From the NCBI GenBank assembly GCA_965240325.2, contig OZ251243.1, positions 1,178,001 through 1,242,000 of the forward strand: a stretch of 64,000 bases of DNA. The letters are read 5' to 3'. Below, piece after piece: positions 41,126 to 52,807 of the stretch (positions within the stretch are counted from its first letter, which is position 1; each line of letters starts with the position of its first letter). The position numbers and the translations under genes are program-made. The stretch comes from Rebecca billardiae RCC1528 (Eukaryota > Protista > Haptophyta). Below the pieces are notes generated by a model. That model was not told the DNA's origin and searched no databases. It worked only from the letters and a program-made list of their open reading frames with translations.

Positions 41126-42549
41126 CAGCGATGGCGGCGGCGGAGGGCTGGATCGGACGGCGAGCGCCCCGGCGCTCGCGCGCGTGAGCCCGGCCGTGCG
41201 CGCCGGGCTGCACGCGCAGCTGCTGCGCTCCAACACCGCCGCCGCCGTCACCGGAGCGCTCAGCAGCCGGCTGCGGCAGGCCGGCGGCGGCGGCGCGCGC
41301 TCGGCGCGGCGCGCGACGGCCGGAGGCGGCGGCGGAGGCGGGTGGTACCTGCGCGCAGGCGCGGCGAGTGGCGACGAGGACGACGACGAGGAGGGCAGCG
41401 TGCGCGCCGACGACGCCGACGAGGACGACCCGCTCATCCGGCTGCACGTGAGCGGCACGCGGCGCGCGCCGCCGCAGCCGCGCCGCGCGCCCGCTAAGCC
41501 GCGGCCGCGCCGAGCGCCCGCTAAGCCGCGGCCGCGCGGGGCGGCGCGCGCGCGAGCGCAGCGCTCACTCGCGCCGCGCCGCCGCCGCGCGTGCCCGCCG
41601 CCGCCGCCGCCCGCAGGAGCTCTCGGGCGCGCTCGACGGCGCCGCGCAGACCAAGGGCGCGCGCTCAGACTCACGAGACAGCTCGCCGCCGGGCGGTGCG
41701 CTGTCGAGTGCGCGCTATCGCCACTCAGCCGCGGGCGCGGGCGCCGGCCGCGCGCCGCCGCCGTCGGCCGGCGCCGCGCCGCGCGCGCTCGACCTGAGCG
41801 GCGCCTACTCGGCGCTGGGCGCGCGCGTGGACGCGCAGCGCCGCCGGCGCGCGCCCTCGTCCGCGCGGCGCGCGCGGCGGCTCGGCGCGCGCTCGCGGTC
41901 GCCTTCGCCTACGCGCTCCGCCGCGAGCTCGAGCGCTGCCGGCGCCGGCCGGCGCCGCGCGGCCGCAGACCCCGGCTGGGCGCGCGAGGCGGCGGTGTGG
42001 AGCCCCGCCGCCGCGCGGCGGCGCGCGCAGCGCCGCGCGGCGCGGTACGCCGCCGCCGACGCGGCCGCGCGCGAGGGCGGCGGCGGCGGCGTGCCGCGTG
42101 TCGGCGCGTTTGTCGGCGCGCCGCGGTATACCGCCGGCGGCCGCGCCGCGCTGCCGCAGGCGGCCGTGGACGTGGCCTACGCCGCGCCCGCCTACACGCC
42201 GAGCGCGCGCGCCGCCTCGCGCCGCGCGCTGCTCGGCGCGCTGCGCTCGCACATCGACACCGTGCTCCCGCCGCCGCTCGGCGCGCCGCAGCTCGACCAG
42301 CTCGTGCCCGGCGCGCGCGGCACGCGCACCGCGCGCGCCGCCGCCGCCGCCGCCAGCCCGGCCGGCGTGTTCGGCCGGCGGGCGGACGTGCGGCTAGCGG
42401 GGCTGGCGCAGCAGGTGGCGCGCGCGGTGTCGCCTGTGCTCGGCGGCGGCGCGTCGCCGCGCGGCGGCGCGCCGTGGCGGCGGCAGGCGCCGTGGCGGCC
42501 GTCCGGCGCGGGCACGAGCGTCGGCAGCGCGCCGCTGCTGCTTTCGTGA
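39228..42549 (+). CDS. Hypothetical low-complexity/coiled-coil protein. Probable exons 39228-39917, 40107-41447, 41617-42549
   Basis: Coiled-coil segments (LREALERARRE..RRVDQE|VGVLSQRLEGYQ); GT-AG introns keep the frame; no family recognised. Confidence 0.6.
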
Positions 42550-42861
42550 CGGCGATGGCGGCGGGCGCGCACGCGATGCGGGCAGGCGGCGGGCAGGCGA
42601 CCAACGCCGCGCGGCGGACGGACGACGTCACGACGACGATTCAAGCCGCTCAGTGCAATCAAACGGCGGTGCCCAGGCCCCACGGCTGCAGCCGTGTCCG
42701 TGATGACTGACGAGCCGCATGAGTGTCGGGCGTGTCGGCGTCCGAAGTCCGGCCCTGTCCGAGCCGAGCTGAGCAGATCGATGATCGACGCGGCGCATCA
42801 GTCTGATCAGTAGAATATATAGTAGCATATCATGCAGCGCAGTACCGGCGATGCAGTATAC

Positions 42862-42894
<33 letters not shown>

Positions 42895-43241
42895 CTGATA
42901 CGACTGCTGCGCTGCTATGATGATCGACACTACGACTTATTCGCGGATCGTGCCACACCTGGCGCCTGCAGTGAGCTGCACGCCGCGTCGTCACACCGTC
43001 ACACCTGGCAGCGGGCCAGCGGCCACTGGGCGGCCAGCACCCGCCCCGGACACGTCGTGCCCGCAGTCGCGTCGGTCTGCCGAGCACGCGCGGGGCACGC
43101 GCGCGTGCAGCGCCCACGCCGCCTCTGCGCGTGCAGGCTGCAGCGGCCGCGCGCACCCGCCCCCTCGCCGCCAGGCCGCTGCCATGCGCGAGCGCGCGCC
43201 GCGCGGCCGTGCGCTCGGCGAGCGTGCGCGGGGGACGGGCC

Positions 43242-43763
43242 TCAGAGCGTCGCTGTCTTCTCGAGGCTCTCAAAGTCGTTGCGGCATTCCGTGTACCCGA
43301 TGCCCGCGCCGATCCCCGAGCCGAAGAAGAGCACCGAACAGCGGCTCGTGGTGCCGCCTGCGCACGAGGCGGCGCGCGGGCAACGCAATCGCGCGCACCG
43401 CATCGGCGGCGCGAGCACGCAGCCGCGGGGCAGGCAGGCCGGGAGCGCGGCGCGCGCGTTGGCGGGGCGGTGGACGGGCTGGCGCGCACGCGCGCCGCGC
43501 CGCGCGCGCCGCGCCGCGCCGCCGCGCCGTACGGAAGAGGACGAGGGAGACGATCGCGCCCGCCAGTGTCCCGTAGGCGACCTTCCGCAGGGAATTCTCA
43601 ATGCACTTGTCCCATGTGTCGGCCACCTGCGCGGCGCGGGGCGAGGGGAGCGCGGCGCGGCGGAGCGCGTCGGGCGCGCGGTGTGCGGGCCGTGCGCGCC
43701 GCGGGTCGTGCGCGTGCGCGCGCGGGCGCGGCGCGGCGCGCGCGCCTTGAGCTCTGACGGCAT
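43242..43763 (-). CDS. MIC10: MICOS complex subunit Mic10. Exons 43763-43746, 43626-43533, 43357-43242; first intron is GC-AG
   Basis: MPSELK|VADTWDKCIENSLRKVAYGTLAGAIVSLVLFR..FGSGIGAGIGYTECRNDF, with the WDxC and GxGxGxG Mic10 motifs. Confidence 0.9.
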   Translation of the reverse strand: MPSELKARAPRRARARTRTTRGAHGPHTARPTRSAAPRSPRPAPRRWPTHGTSALRIPCGRSPTGHWRARSSPSSSSVRRGGAARRARRGARARQPVHRPANARAALPACLPRGCVLAPPMRCARLRCPRAASCAGGTTSRCSVLFFGSGIGAGIGYTECRNDFESLEKTATL

Positions 43764-44007
43764 CCTGACGAGCACGATCGATCGGCGAAGGCGCAGAGTG
43801 CGCACCGGACTACCTCGCCTGTAGAGTTCTCAGTTCACGCGTTCAGAGTCCGGCGGGAAAACTCCGGACTTCTCGGGCAAATTGAAATGGCGGCCGAGTC
43901 CGTCCTCTCCCGTCTCCGCGCAGGCACGCGGGTGCAAGCGTGCGGCACCGTCTCAGGACGAGCGCAGCCGCATCCATGCTGGCCGCGCGGCGGCCGAGTG
44001 CCTCGTC

Positions 44008-46077
44008 TCACACGCGGCCGCGCGCCGCCGCGCCCGCCGCGCCCGCCGCCTTGGTGCTGTGACTGCTGTCGGCCAGCGGCGCGAGCGTTGGCGCGGCGCC
44101 GCCGCCCGGCTCGGGCGCGAGGAAGTGCGCGAGCGCCTCGTCGTCGTCGCGGAGCGCGACGACGCCAAACTCGCGCTCGAGCCCGTCCGCCGCCTCCGCG
44201 CCCACCGCCGCCTGCAGCTGCGCGCGCGTGAACAGCATCGCGCGCCGGCCGTCCACGCCGCGCGCGCCGAGCGCAGCGCCGCCGGTGGCCTCGTCCAGCC
44301 GGCGCCGCCTCGCCTCGGCGGCCTCGAGCGCTTCGTGGAGCTCGCGGCGGAGGCGCCAGCCGAACGTGCCGTGCACGCGGTACGCGAGCACGAAGCCCGC
44401 CGCCGCCGCCGCGCGCTGCGCCACCGTCCACCCCGCGCGCGCCGAGAGCGCGCGCCCCTCCTCCCGCTGCTGGAGGCCTGGGGGCAGCGCGCGCTCCAAG
44501 CGCCTCGCCTCAGCCTCGCGCGTCGCGTCGAAGGCGCCGACGAGGATGGCGATGAAGAACTGCGCGAGGATGAGGAAGAGGAAGAGGTTGGTCACGTAGT
44601 GCATCAGGTACGCCTCCACCGGCGCCAGCCGCAGCGACGCCTCCGACAGCGCCGAGCCGCCGAGCATCACCGAGAACTGCTCTGTGAGTGCTGAGCCAAA
44701 GCCCGCGTGCCGCGCGTCGAACGCGCCGAACAGCTGCATGTGCAGCCCGGCGGAGACGGCGAGGGTCATGAGCATGGCGAGGGTGAAGAGGGCGAGCTGG
44801 CCCGACGCGCGCATCAGCGTGCGCACGATCAGCCGCAGCGGCGGCAGGTGCTGCCCGTCCACCAGCAGCCGGCTGAAGAGGAACAGCTGGATGACACTCA
44901 CGCCCAGCACGTGCTCACGGGCCGAAACCGCATGCACGTTGGGCAGCAGCAGCATCAGGTACGGCGCCGCGAGGGAGGGGAGCTCGAGCAGCAGGAACTT
45001 GGGCGCGAGCAGCACGCGCGCGAGCGGGCGCCCCGCCCGCCGCCGCGCGAGCACGTCCTGCGCCGAGTGCGCCGCGCTCAGCGCCCACGCCAGCAGCGTG
45101 GCCGCCAGCAGCACCCAGTACTCCGCTGGGCGGTCGTGCCGCTCGGTGCTGTACCGGAGGGCGGTCTCGACGCGGCCGGGGAGCCACGCGCGGTTGCGGT
45201 AGCGCGCGCGGTAGAGCCCGCCGACGAAGTGCGCGTCGCGCTGCACCATCAGCTGCGCCAGCGTGCCCCACCGCCCTTCGGCGCGCCCGCCCCCCTCCGC
45301 ATCGTCCAGCACGCCCTCAATGTACGCCCGGAGCGCTTGCTCCACGTTCTGCGGGTCGAGGAGGAAGGCGAGCTGGGCGGCGCGCTGGCCTCGGCGGGCG
45401 TGGAGGACGCGCATCGCGACCGAGGCGACGCGCAGCTCGGGCTGCTCGCAGCACGGCACCGCGTGCACGCTCGGCCCCGCGCGCCACGCCGCGTCCGCCG
45501 CCTCGCAGTCTCTCCGCGCGTAGTTGTTGGCCTCGTGCTCGAGCTCAAAGTCGACGCAGAAGAAGTGCGCCTGCGTGTGCGGCTCAAAGTCGCTGTCGAG
45601 CGCGGACATGCCGACGAGGCACGCGGGGCAGTACTCGTACACCGCGTCGATCATCTTCGAGAAGTCCTCGCGCAGCAGCACGATCAGCTCCGCCACGGTG
45701 CCGAGCTCCTCGAAGGGCTTGTGGCAGGCCAGCCCGCCGTGCACGTCGCACCACGCGTTGTCGTCCGAGCTCACGAGGTCGTACTGCTCCTGCACGGCGA
45801 GCTGGATCCACTCGATCGTCGCGAACCCCTCGCGCGTGTTGAACTGCCACGCGCCCAGCCCGAAGTAGAGGGCGAAGAACGCGCCGTAGAGCGCAAAGCC
45901 CTTGAGCCCGTTGCGCGTCTTGAGCTCGTGCAGCGCCTTGCGCACGGGGACGTAGACGGCGCCGCGGAGGACGCGCGGCGGCGCGGGCGGCGGCTCGGCG
46001 GGGGGCGGCCCGGGCGCGGCGCCGCGGCTCGCCTCGCGCGAGGCCGTCACGCTCGCCTCGGCGAGGGGTCGCGCCAT
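44008..46077 (-). CDS. Polycystin/PKD2-like (TRPP) cation channel, intronless
   Basis: S1, a large Cys-containing extracellular loop, then LIVRTLMRASGQLALF..LFG..FGSALTEQFSVMLG..LFLILAQFFIAILVGAF (S5-pore-S6 of PKD_channel). Confidence 0.8.
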   Translation of the reverse strand: MARPLAEASVTASREASRGAAPGPPPAEPPPAPPRVLRGAVYVPVRKALHELKTRNGLKGFALYGAFFALYFGLGAWQFNTREGFATIEWIQLAVQEQYDLVSSDDNAWCDVHGGLACHKPFEELGTVAELIVLLREDFSKMIDAVYEYCPACLVGMSALDSDFEPHTQAHFFCVDFELEHEANNYARRDCEAADAAWRAGPSVHAVPCCEQPELRVASVAMRVLHARRGQRAAQLAFLLDPQNVEQALRAYIEGVLDDAEGGGRAEGRWGTLAQLMVQRDAHFVGGLYRARYRNRAWLPGRVETALRYSTERHDRPAEYWVLLAATLLAWALSAAHSAQDVLARRRAGRPLARVLLAPKFLLLELPSLAAPYLMLLLPNVHAVSAREHVLGVSVIQLFLFSRLLVDGQHLPPLRLIVRTLMRASGQLALFTLAMLMTLAVSAGLHMQLFGAFDARHAGFGSALTEQFSVMLGGSALSEASLRLAPVEAYLMHYVTNLFLFLILAQFFIAILVGAFDATREAEARRLERALPPGLQQREEGRALSARAGWTVAQRAAAAAGFVLAYRVHGTFGWRLRRELHEALEAAEARRRRLDEATGGAALGARGVDGRRAMLFTRAQLQAAVGAEAADGLEREFGVVALRDDDEALAHFLAPEPGGGAAPTLAPLADSSHSTKAAGAAGAAARGRV

Positions 46078-46191
46078 GGCCGAGGCGCGCGCTGGTGGCA
46101 GTGGCCGCCGTGTGCGCCGTCAAACGGGATCTCACATTCCCCGCCCTCAGCCCTGCACGAGGTCCGGTTCCTCACCGGTGGTCTTGCTGCG

Positions 46192-48001
46192 ATGGCGGCC
46201 GGCCGCGCGCTCGGCGTGCTCCTCCTAGGAGGCGTGTGCACGCCGGCCGGCGGCGTGCGCTCGGCCTCGGCGTTCGTCGGCACGGCCCAGCACCGCCGCC
46301 CCGCCCGCCCGCGCGCCGCCTCCCCCCGCGCCGGCCCGTACGACGACCCGTCCGCGCCGCCGCCGCTGATCGCCGTCTCGGCCGAGTTCACCAAGCTGTG
46401 CCAAGCGCAGTTCGAGGTGCTCGCGTCCGCGGTGGGCGCGTCGCGGTGCGCGGTGTACTTCCGGCGGGAGCACCCGCTGAGCGGCGCGCTCGAGTTCGTC
46501 CCCGTCGCCGTGTACCCCGAGACGCAGTCCGTCTGGGTCGTCGGGCAGGACGGCGACCTCCCGAGCGTCGGGTTGCGCGAGCTGCCCGGCTGCGCGTCCG
46601 CGCCCTCGCTCATCCCGGACTACCCGTTCGTGCGCGGGGAGTCCGGGGCGGCGAGCGGCGGCGAGGGCGCGGAGGGGGCGGAGGGCGGGTGCGGCCTGCT
46701 CCTCGCCGACGGCGGCGTCTCCTTCCCGCTGCGCGTCGAGTCGGTCGTGATCGGCGTGCTGGCCGTGTGGCGCGCCGCGGACGGCCGCTGGCCGCGCGCC
46801 GCCCGACAGAGCGCCGCTGCGGTCGCGCGCTCGCTGGCGATGGCGGCGATGCTCGACCAGCGCGCGCTGTGGGCGAGCGGCGCGGCGGCGCGGCCCGCGG
46901 CGCTCGACGCGCAGCTCCTCTCCACCGTGGGATCGTCCCTCTCGCGCTCGCTCCACCAGCTGCACTCGCCGCTCTCCGCGGTGCACGTGTTCACCAAGCT
47001 GCTGCTGCGCACGCTGCCGTCCGACGACGCGCGCTCGCGCCAGCTCGTGCGCGAGATCGTATCTCAGGCGGCGAGGGTGCAGGAGCTGCTCGCGCCGCTC
47101 GAGAGCATGGCGCACCAGCTGCCCGCGGCCGACACGGCCGACGCGCCGCCGCCCGCCGACGCCGACGCCGACCCGGCCGGCGGCGGCTCGGCCGCGCCGC
47201 CGCGCGCCGCCTCAGCCGCCCAAGCCGCGCGCGGTCCGCCCGCCGCTGCGGACGACGACACGGCGTTGGGCGCGATGGCGGGTCTGCTGCCTGTGCTGCC
47301 GCTGCTGCGCGCGCGCGCGCCGCTGTGGGTGGGCGATGTCGCACTGCCGCTGCTCCGCGCCAGCGCCGAGCTCGCCGCCGAGCAGGGCGCCGTCGTGCAG
47401 TGGAGCCTGGACGAGGTGCGCGCGCGCGCCGCGCCGCAACGCGCGGGCAGCGCGAGGCGGGAGGCGCGCGAGCTCGTCGCCCTCACGCGCAAGCGCCACG
47501 CCCCCGCCCCCGCGCGCGCAGGACGCGCCGCCCGTGCTCGCCGCGGAGGCGGAGGTGCGCGAGGCTCTGAGCAACGCGCTCGACAATGCGCTCAAGCACG
47601 GCACAGGCCTGGTGGCGGTGAGCGTGCGGCCGTTTGCGGCGCGCGAGGAGGGCGGGGAAGGGCGCGAGCAGGAGGAGGCGGACGGCGCGGAGGACGCGGC
47701 GGGCGTGAGCATCGTCGTCTGGAGCTCCGGACCGGGCGTGCCCCCGGAGCAGCTGCCGCGCCTGTTCGAGCCCGGCTACTCCGGACCGAGCGCGCGCGCT
47801 TCTGGACGCGCCGGCTCCGGCCTCGGGCTGGCGATTCTGCGGGAGCTGGTCGGCGGGCTAGGCGGCGCGGTGAGTGTGCGGAACGAGGGCGCGCCCGCGT
47901 GGCTCGCCGCGCGCGCGGCGGTGCGCGAGCGTGCGGCGCTGCGGCCGATGCTCAGCTGGGGGACGAGCGTCGAGCTAAGGCTCCCGCGCGCCGGCGCCTG
48001 A
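46192..48001 (+). CDS. CSK: Chloroplast sensor kinase (Hik2/CSK homologue; GAF + HisKA + HATPase). Exons 46192-47415, 47522-48001
   Basis: Signal peptide plus ASAF; SAEFTKLCQAQFEVLASAVGASRCAVY (Hik2 GAF start); LHQLHSPLSAVHVFTKLLLR (H-box); EALSNALDNALKH; GSGLGLAI. Confidence 0.88.
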
Positions 48002-48457
48002 CGACTCACGACTGGACGACTACACGACGACTACACGATGCGGTGACGGGCCGTGAGGCTTCGTCAGCACCGTCGGCCCAACCGATCCGACGCGCGTGAC
48101 GTCGTGGCTCTTCCGCGCTCGAGCGAGCCGGCAAGCCAGTCGGCGGGTGCCGCGACCGCGCGCAAGCACGGTGTGTCGTGTGAGGACTGACGTGCCGGAG
48201 TTGCTGGAATCTTCGGACTCTTGATTTGATTAGCTGATTAGCCTGATCCTCGCGGGTACTTGTACAAAAGGCCGTATATCTGCGACGGCAAATCGGTCCC
48301 CAGTCTATTAGATACTACTACCAGGCGTACCCGCGTCGATGACGAACGCCAACCCCGCTTGACGAAAGGTGGCGCACTGCAGCCCATCCACATCCAGCTC
48401 GAGGTCGTCGTCCAGCTAGCCCAGCCCGCCGCTGCGTGCCCCGGCCCCGAGCGAGCC

Positions 48458-49276
48458 ATGATGACAATGATGATGAAGCCGCTGCCCGGCGAACGACCCT
48501 CGATCGCACCTCCGACGGGCGACGTCCTCAGCCTCGACCGAGCTGTCGGCGACGTGCGGCGTGGCGACAACGACGACGACGACGACGACGACTACGACGA
48601 CGACGACGCTGACTGCGATCGGCGGGAGGCGGAGAGCCGCGCAGATGCTGCGCGGACGACCGGCGGTGCCTCAGGCGGCCTGGGCGCGCAGGGCCGCTCG
48701 CCGAAGCTCAAGCCCATCCCGCCCGCCGAGGCCGTGATCCACGCGCGCCTGCGCCGGCCGCGCGTCACGTCTCAGCGCAGCACTTGGCACGGCAGCACCG
48801 AGGGCGGCGGCGGGAGCGTGCGCGCACGCACGCCCGCGGGCACGACGAGGACGGCGGGCAGAGCCAACGGCAGAGCTCCGACGCCGCCACGTGGCGCGAG
48901 CCGTGCCGGCGCGCGCGTGCCCGCGCGGCGCAGCAGCGACCCGAACGCGGCCGACGGCCACGAGCCCGGCAGCCAAGCGCACGCGCCGTCGCCTCCGCGC
49001 GCTCGGCCGATGACCGCTAAGACGGCGAGCAGCTCGCCCGCGACGGTGCGCCGGCTCGTCTGCTCGGCGGCGACGACGACGGGCGCGAACGGCCGAGCCC
49101 TGCCGCCCCTCGCGCGCAGCACGCCCCCGGCGAGCCCGAGCGCGCGCCCGAGCACGAGTGCGATCGGCGTGAGCTCCTGGTCGCTGGCGGCGCAGGCGTC
49201 GGTGGCCGACGCGCCCAAGCCGCCGCGGCAGAGCATCGGGCCGCTGCCCGCGCGGGGCGCAGCGGCGTCCCCAAAA

Positions 49277-49311
<35 letters not shown>

Positions 49312-49936
49312 CGCGGCGGCCGCGGCCTCGCCGCCGCAGTCCCCCGCGCGCGCCGTGAGCCCAAAGCTGCCCACCCGCACCGCTCGGCACAGCATGCCGC
49401 CCCGCCTCTCGCCTGCCATGCGGGCGATGACAGTTGGCGCGGGCGCGGGCGCGGCCGTCCTGCGCGGCGTGGTCTGCGAGGACGCGGATGCGCCCGCGGC
49501 CGACGGGGTCGAGCTGCCGCCCTCGCCCTCGTCGATGACGCCGCCCGCTGCCAAGGCGTTCTGCGTGTTCGGCCAGGCCCATGCGCCGCCGCAGTGCTCG
49601 CTGCCGCCGCCGCGGGTGCAGGGGGGCAGGCTGCCGCCGCGCACGCCGCCGGCCGGCGCCGCGGCGTCTCGCGGCGCGCCGCCGACGGCGGGCAGCACGG
49701 CCGGACCCGGGTCGGCCGACGCGCGCAGCAAGCTGGCGAGCAGCGTGCCCGCGCCGCGCCCGTCGATGGCGCGCATGGGCACCGCCAACGACGCGATCCT
49801 CAGCCACCGCCTCCCGCAGCGCCCCTTGTTTGGCCAGCCGCCCGGCGGTGGCGGCGCGAGCGGCAAGTCCCCGCTCGCGCGGTCCGGCACGACTGCACTG
49901 GGCGGCCTCACCCCCCTCGGCCCGCCGGGCTGCTGA
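48458..49936 (+). CDS. Hypothetical Pro/Ala/Ser-rich disordered protein
   Basis: Long ORF with host-like codon use and an acidic DDDDDD tract; no family recognised. Confidence 0.55.
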
Positions 49937-50146
49937 TCATCCGCGCGGTCCGCGGTCACTGCTGCAGACTGTCTGCTGCTCACCGCAGCCGCGTCGACCG
50001 TACGGCCGACTAGCCGCCTACCGTTACTAAGCTCAGTGACGGCGAGCTCGTCATCAGTGTCGGCGCCGGCTACCATGCCGTATATACTCATCAGCGCATA
50101 TCATCATCAGTCAATAACCGCCGTCACCACGTGCCCGCCTGTTCTA

Positions 50147-52079
50147 CCAGGTCGTTCCCCCTGCACTGGGAATCCGCGGTTTCGCACTATTCAGAGCACG
50201 AGGCCGCGGCATAGCAACGCAGATTTATTCTTCCGCTTGCTCTATCAGACCACTTGAACGATCTAATCGAGGTTTCCAATTGAAAATGACGAAAGTACAT
50301 CCATCCATTAGAGAACCCAAATCCCGAGCGCGGCAAAGCCGTGGAACGCAGTAATCAGCCTCGTCAGCGATAGTCCGCTCACGAAATCGAGGCGCTGGAA
50401 ATGAGTTCTTCGCGTGCAACCGCGGAGGCGGGAGCCCTCCCGCGGGTGCGGAGCACCGATTCTGACCCGCCCCCTGCGCCTGCGGCCGGGCGGCGAGTGC
50501 GATGCAGCTGGCCCGGCGCTGGGGGGCGCGGATGTGCTTGCGGAGCCGGCGTGCGTGGACGGGCTGTTGCGGGAGAGTATCTGCCGCCCTCCTGCGCCGC
50601 GCGACTTGCGCCACGCCTCTTTCGCCTCGGCTCAGGGCAGCGCGCACGCGCGCGCCGCCTCCGGGGCCAGCCTTCGGCCTGCGCCGCAGCCGACCGCGCG
50701 CGCGCCGTGCGCGGCGTGGTCGGGAAGGAACGGGCGCGGCTGCCGGGCGAGATGGCGATATCATGTGCGCACGCCATGCCGCCCCGCCACGCCTTGCCGA
50801 GCGTGTCGCTGGTCCATTTGCACGCCTCTTCGAGTTGTCACAAATGGTGTGCACGCGGCCTCGCGGTCGTGACCGCTCACGCTGGGGGCCGCGCCCGGGC
50901 CAGGGCGCTGCGGGCGCGGATGTGCTTGCGGAGCCGGCGTGCGTGGACGGGCTGTTGTGGGAGAGTATCTGCCGCCCTCCTGCACCGCGCGACTTGCGCC
51001 ACGCCTCTTTCGCCTCGGCTCAGGGCAGCGCGCACGCGGCGCGTCGCCTCAAGGCCAGCCTTGCCTGCGCCGCAGCCGACCGCGTGCGCGCCGTGCGCGG
51101 CGTGGTCGGGAAGGAACGGGCACGGCTGCCGGGCGAGATGGCGATATCATGTGCGCACGCCATGCCGCCCCGCCACGCCTTGCCGAGCGTGTCGCTGGTC
51201 CGTTTGCACGCCTCTTCGAGTTGTCACACTATGAATGGTGTGCCACGGCCTCGCGGTCGTGACCCTTGCCGGGACGATCATTGAGACACAGAACAGTGCC
51301 AAGCGGGCACGCGGGATACTCTTACATGAATGTTCATCACCACGTGGTCGTGTAGAAGTGCTGGGTGCGACGCTTTCCTCGCGCGGATGCACTTTCATCA
51401 TCTTCTTCGAGCTCCGAGGTCTGGCTTCAGGCACGACAAGAAATCAGCACTCGTCAACAGCTGTGCGGATCCGTTATCGTGCCCTTTCGCGGCGCCGCGG
51501 GGCGGCATGGCGTGCGCACATGATGTCGTCATCTCGCCCGGCAGCACCCCCCGTTCCTTCCCGACCACGCCGCGCACGGCGCGCGCGCGGTTGCGGCTGC
51601 GGCGCGGGCACGGTGCGGCCCTGGCCTCCGAGGCGGCGCGCGCGTGCGCGCTGCCCTGAGCCGCGGCGAAAAGAGGCGTGGCGCGAGACGCGCGGCGCAG
51701 GAGGGCGCCATATACTCTCCCGCAACAGCCTGTCCACGCAAGCCGGCTCCGCGAGCACATCCGCGCCCGCAGCGCCGTGCCCCGGGCGCGCCGGCCGCCA
51801 ACGGCGCTCGGCCGCCTTCGCCTGCCCGCCCTGCCGCCGAGGGCAAAGGTCAAGATTTGGTCGGCCCTCGCCTGCCGAGCCGCCACCGGCCGGGGGCTCC
51901 CTGCACCATCTATCTCATTGCGGCTCAATTTTGGGATTGCGAGACCAGCTCATCGATTGACGCACATCCGCACCCGCGAGACCTGAAAATCTTATTCGCG
52001 GGTAGCGACGGGTGCGTCCTGCGGCTGTTTTTCTCGTATGTCCAAACCGCGGATTCCCAGTGCAGGGGGAACGACCTGG
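50147..52079. mobile_element. Tc1/mariner-type non-autonomous element: perfect 36-bp TIRs, TA TSD, internal ~350-bp repeats
   Basis: TA|CCAGGTCGTTCCCCCTGCACTGGGAATCCGCGGTTT (50147-50182) and AAACCGCGGATTCCCAGTGCAGGGGGAACGACCTGG|TA (52044-52079). Confidence 0.9.
50525..51770. repeat. Internal repeats: two direct copies (~50525-50874, ~50912-51264) and one inverted, shorter, more diverged copy (~51497-51770)
   Basis: Shared GGCGCGGATGTGCTTGCGGAGCCGGC...ATCATGTGCGCACGCCATGCCGCCCCGC sequence. Confidence 0.9.
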
Positions 52080-52186
52080 TAATCGGACTGACTGGCAGCT
52101 GAGTCTGACAATACAGACACTACGCCGCTTATGGAATATATGGTCAGACAGCTTATGCAGTCATGCTGCTGATGCGCAGTACGCTG

Positions 52187-52349
<163 letters not shown>

Positions 52350-52564
52350 GAGCAGAATCGACGACCGCCCGGCCGCGCGCTCTGCGGATCATTCGCGCAC
52401 TCGGCGGAGCCGAGTGAGCGGACTGCTGGACTGATGATGAGTGACGACCTGTCCTGCATGATGCCAGTGATGATACGAGGGGCGCAGCGCGACAGGCACG
52501 ACATGCGCAGCAGCGCGCCCGGCATCGCACAGCATCGTCAGGCGGACATCTCGACCACGCGTCC

Positions 52565-52747
52565 TCATGATGTCGACGACGACGCGGAGGCCGCCGCAGA
52601 CTGCTGCTGCTGCTGAGGCGGTGGCCACGCCGACGAGGAGAGCCCACCACCGCCATCGCGCCGCGCTGCCCTGCTGCGGCTGCTGCCGGCGCCCCGCGAC
52701 GCGCCCGCGCCCGCCCGTCCGCGGCGGCCCGCGTTGGCCTTGCCCAT

Positions 52748-52807
<60 letters not shown>

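Noticed and set aside
43853-43860. E2F-like site GCGGGAAA upstream of MIC10
   Set aside because: A single 8-mer; cannot be distinguished from chance.
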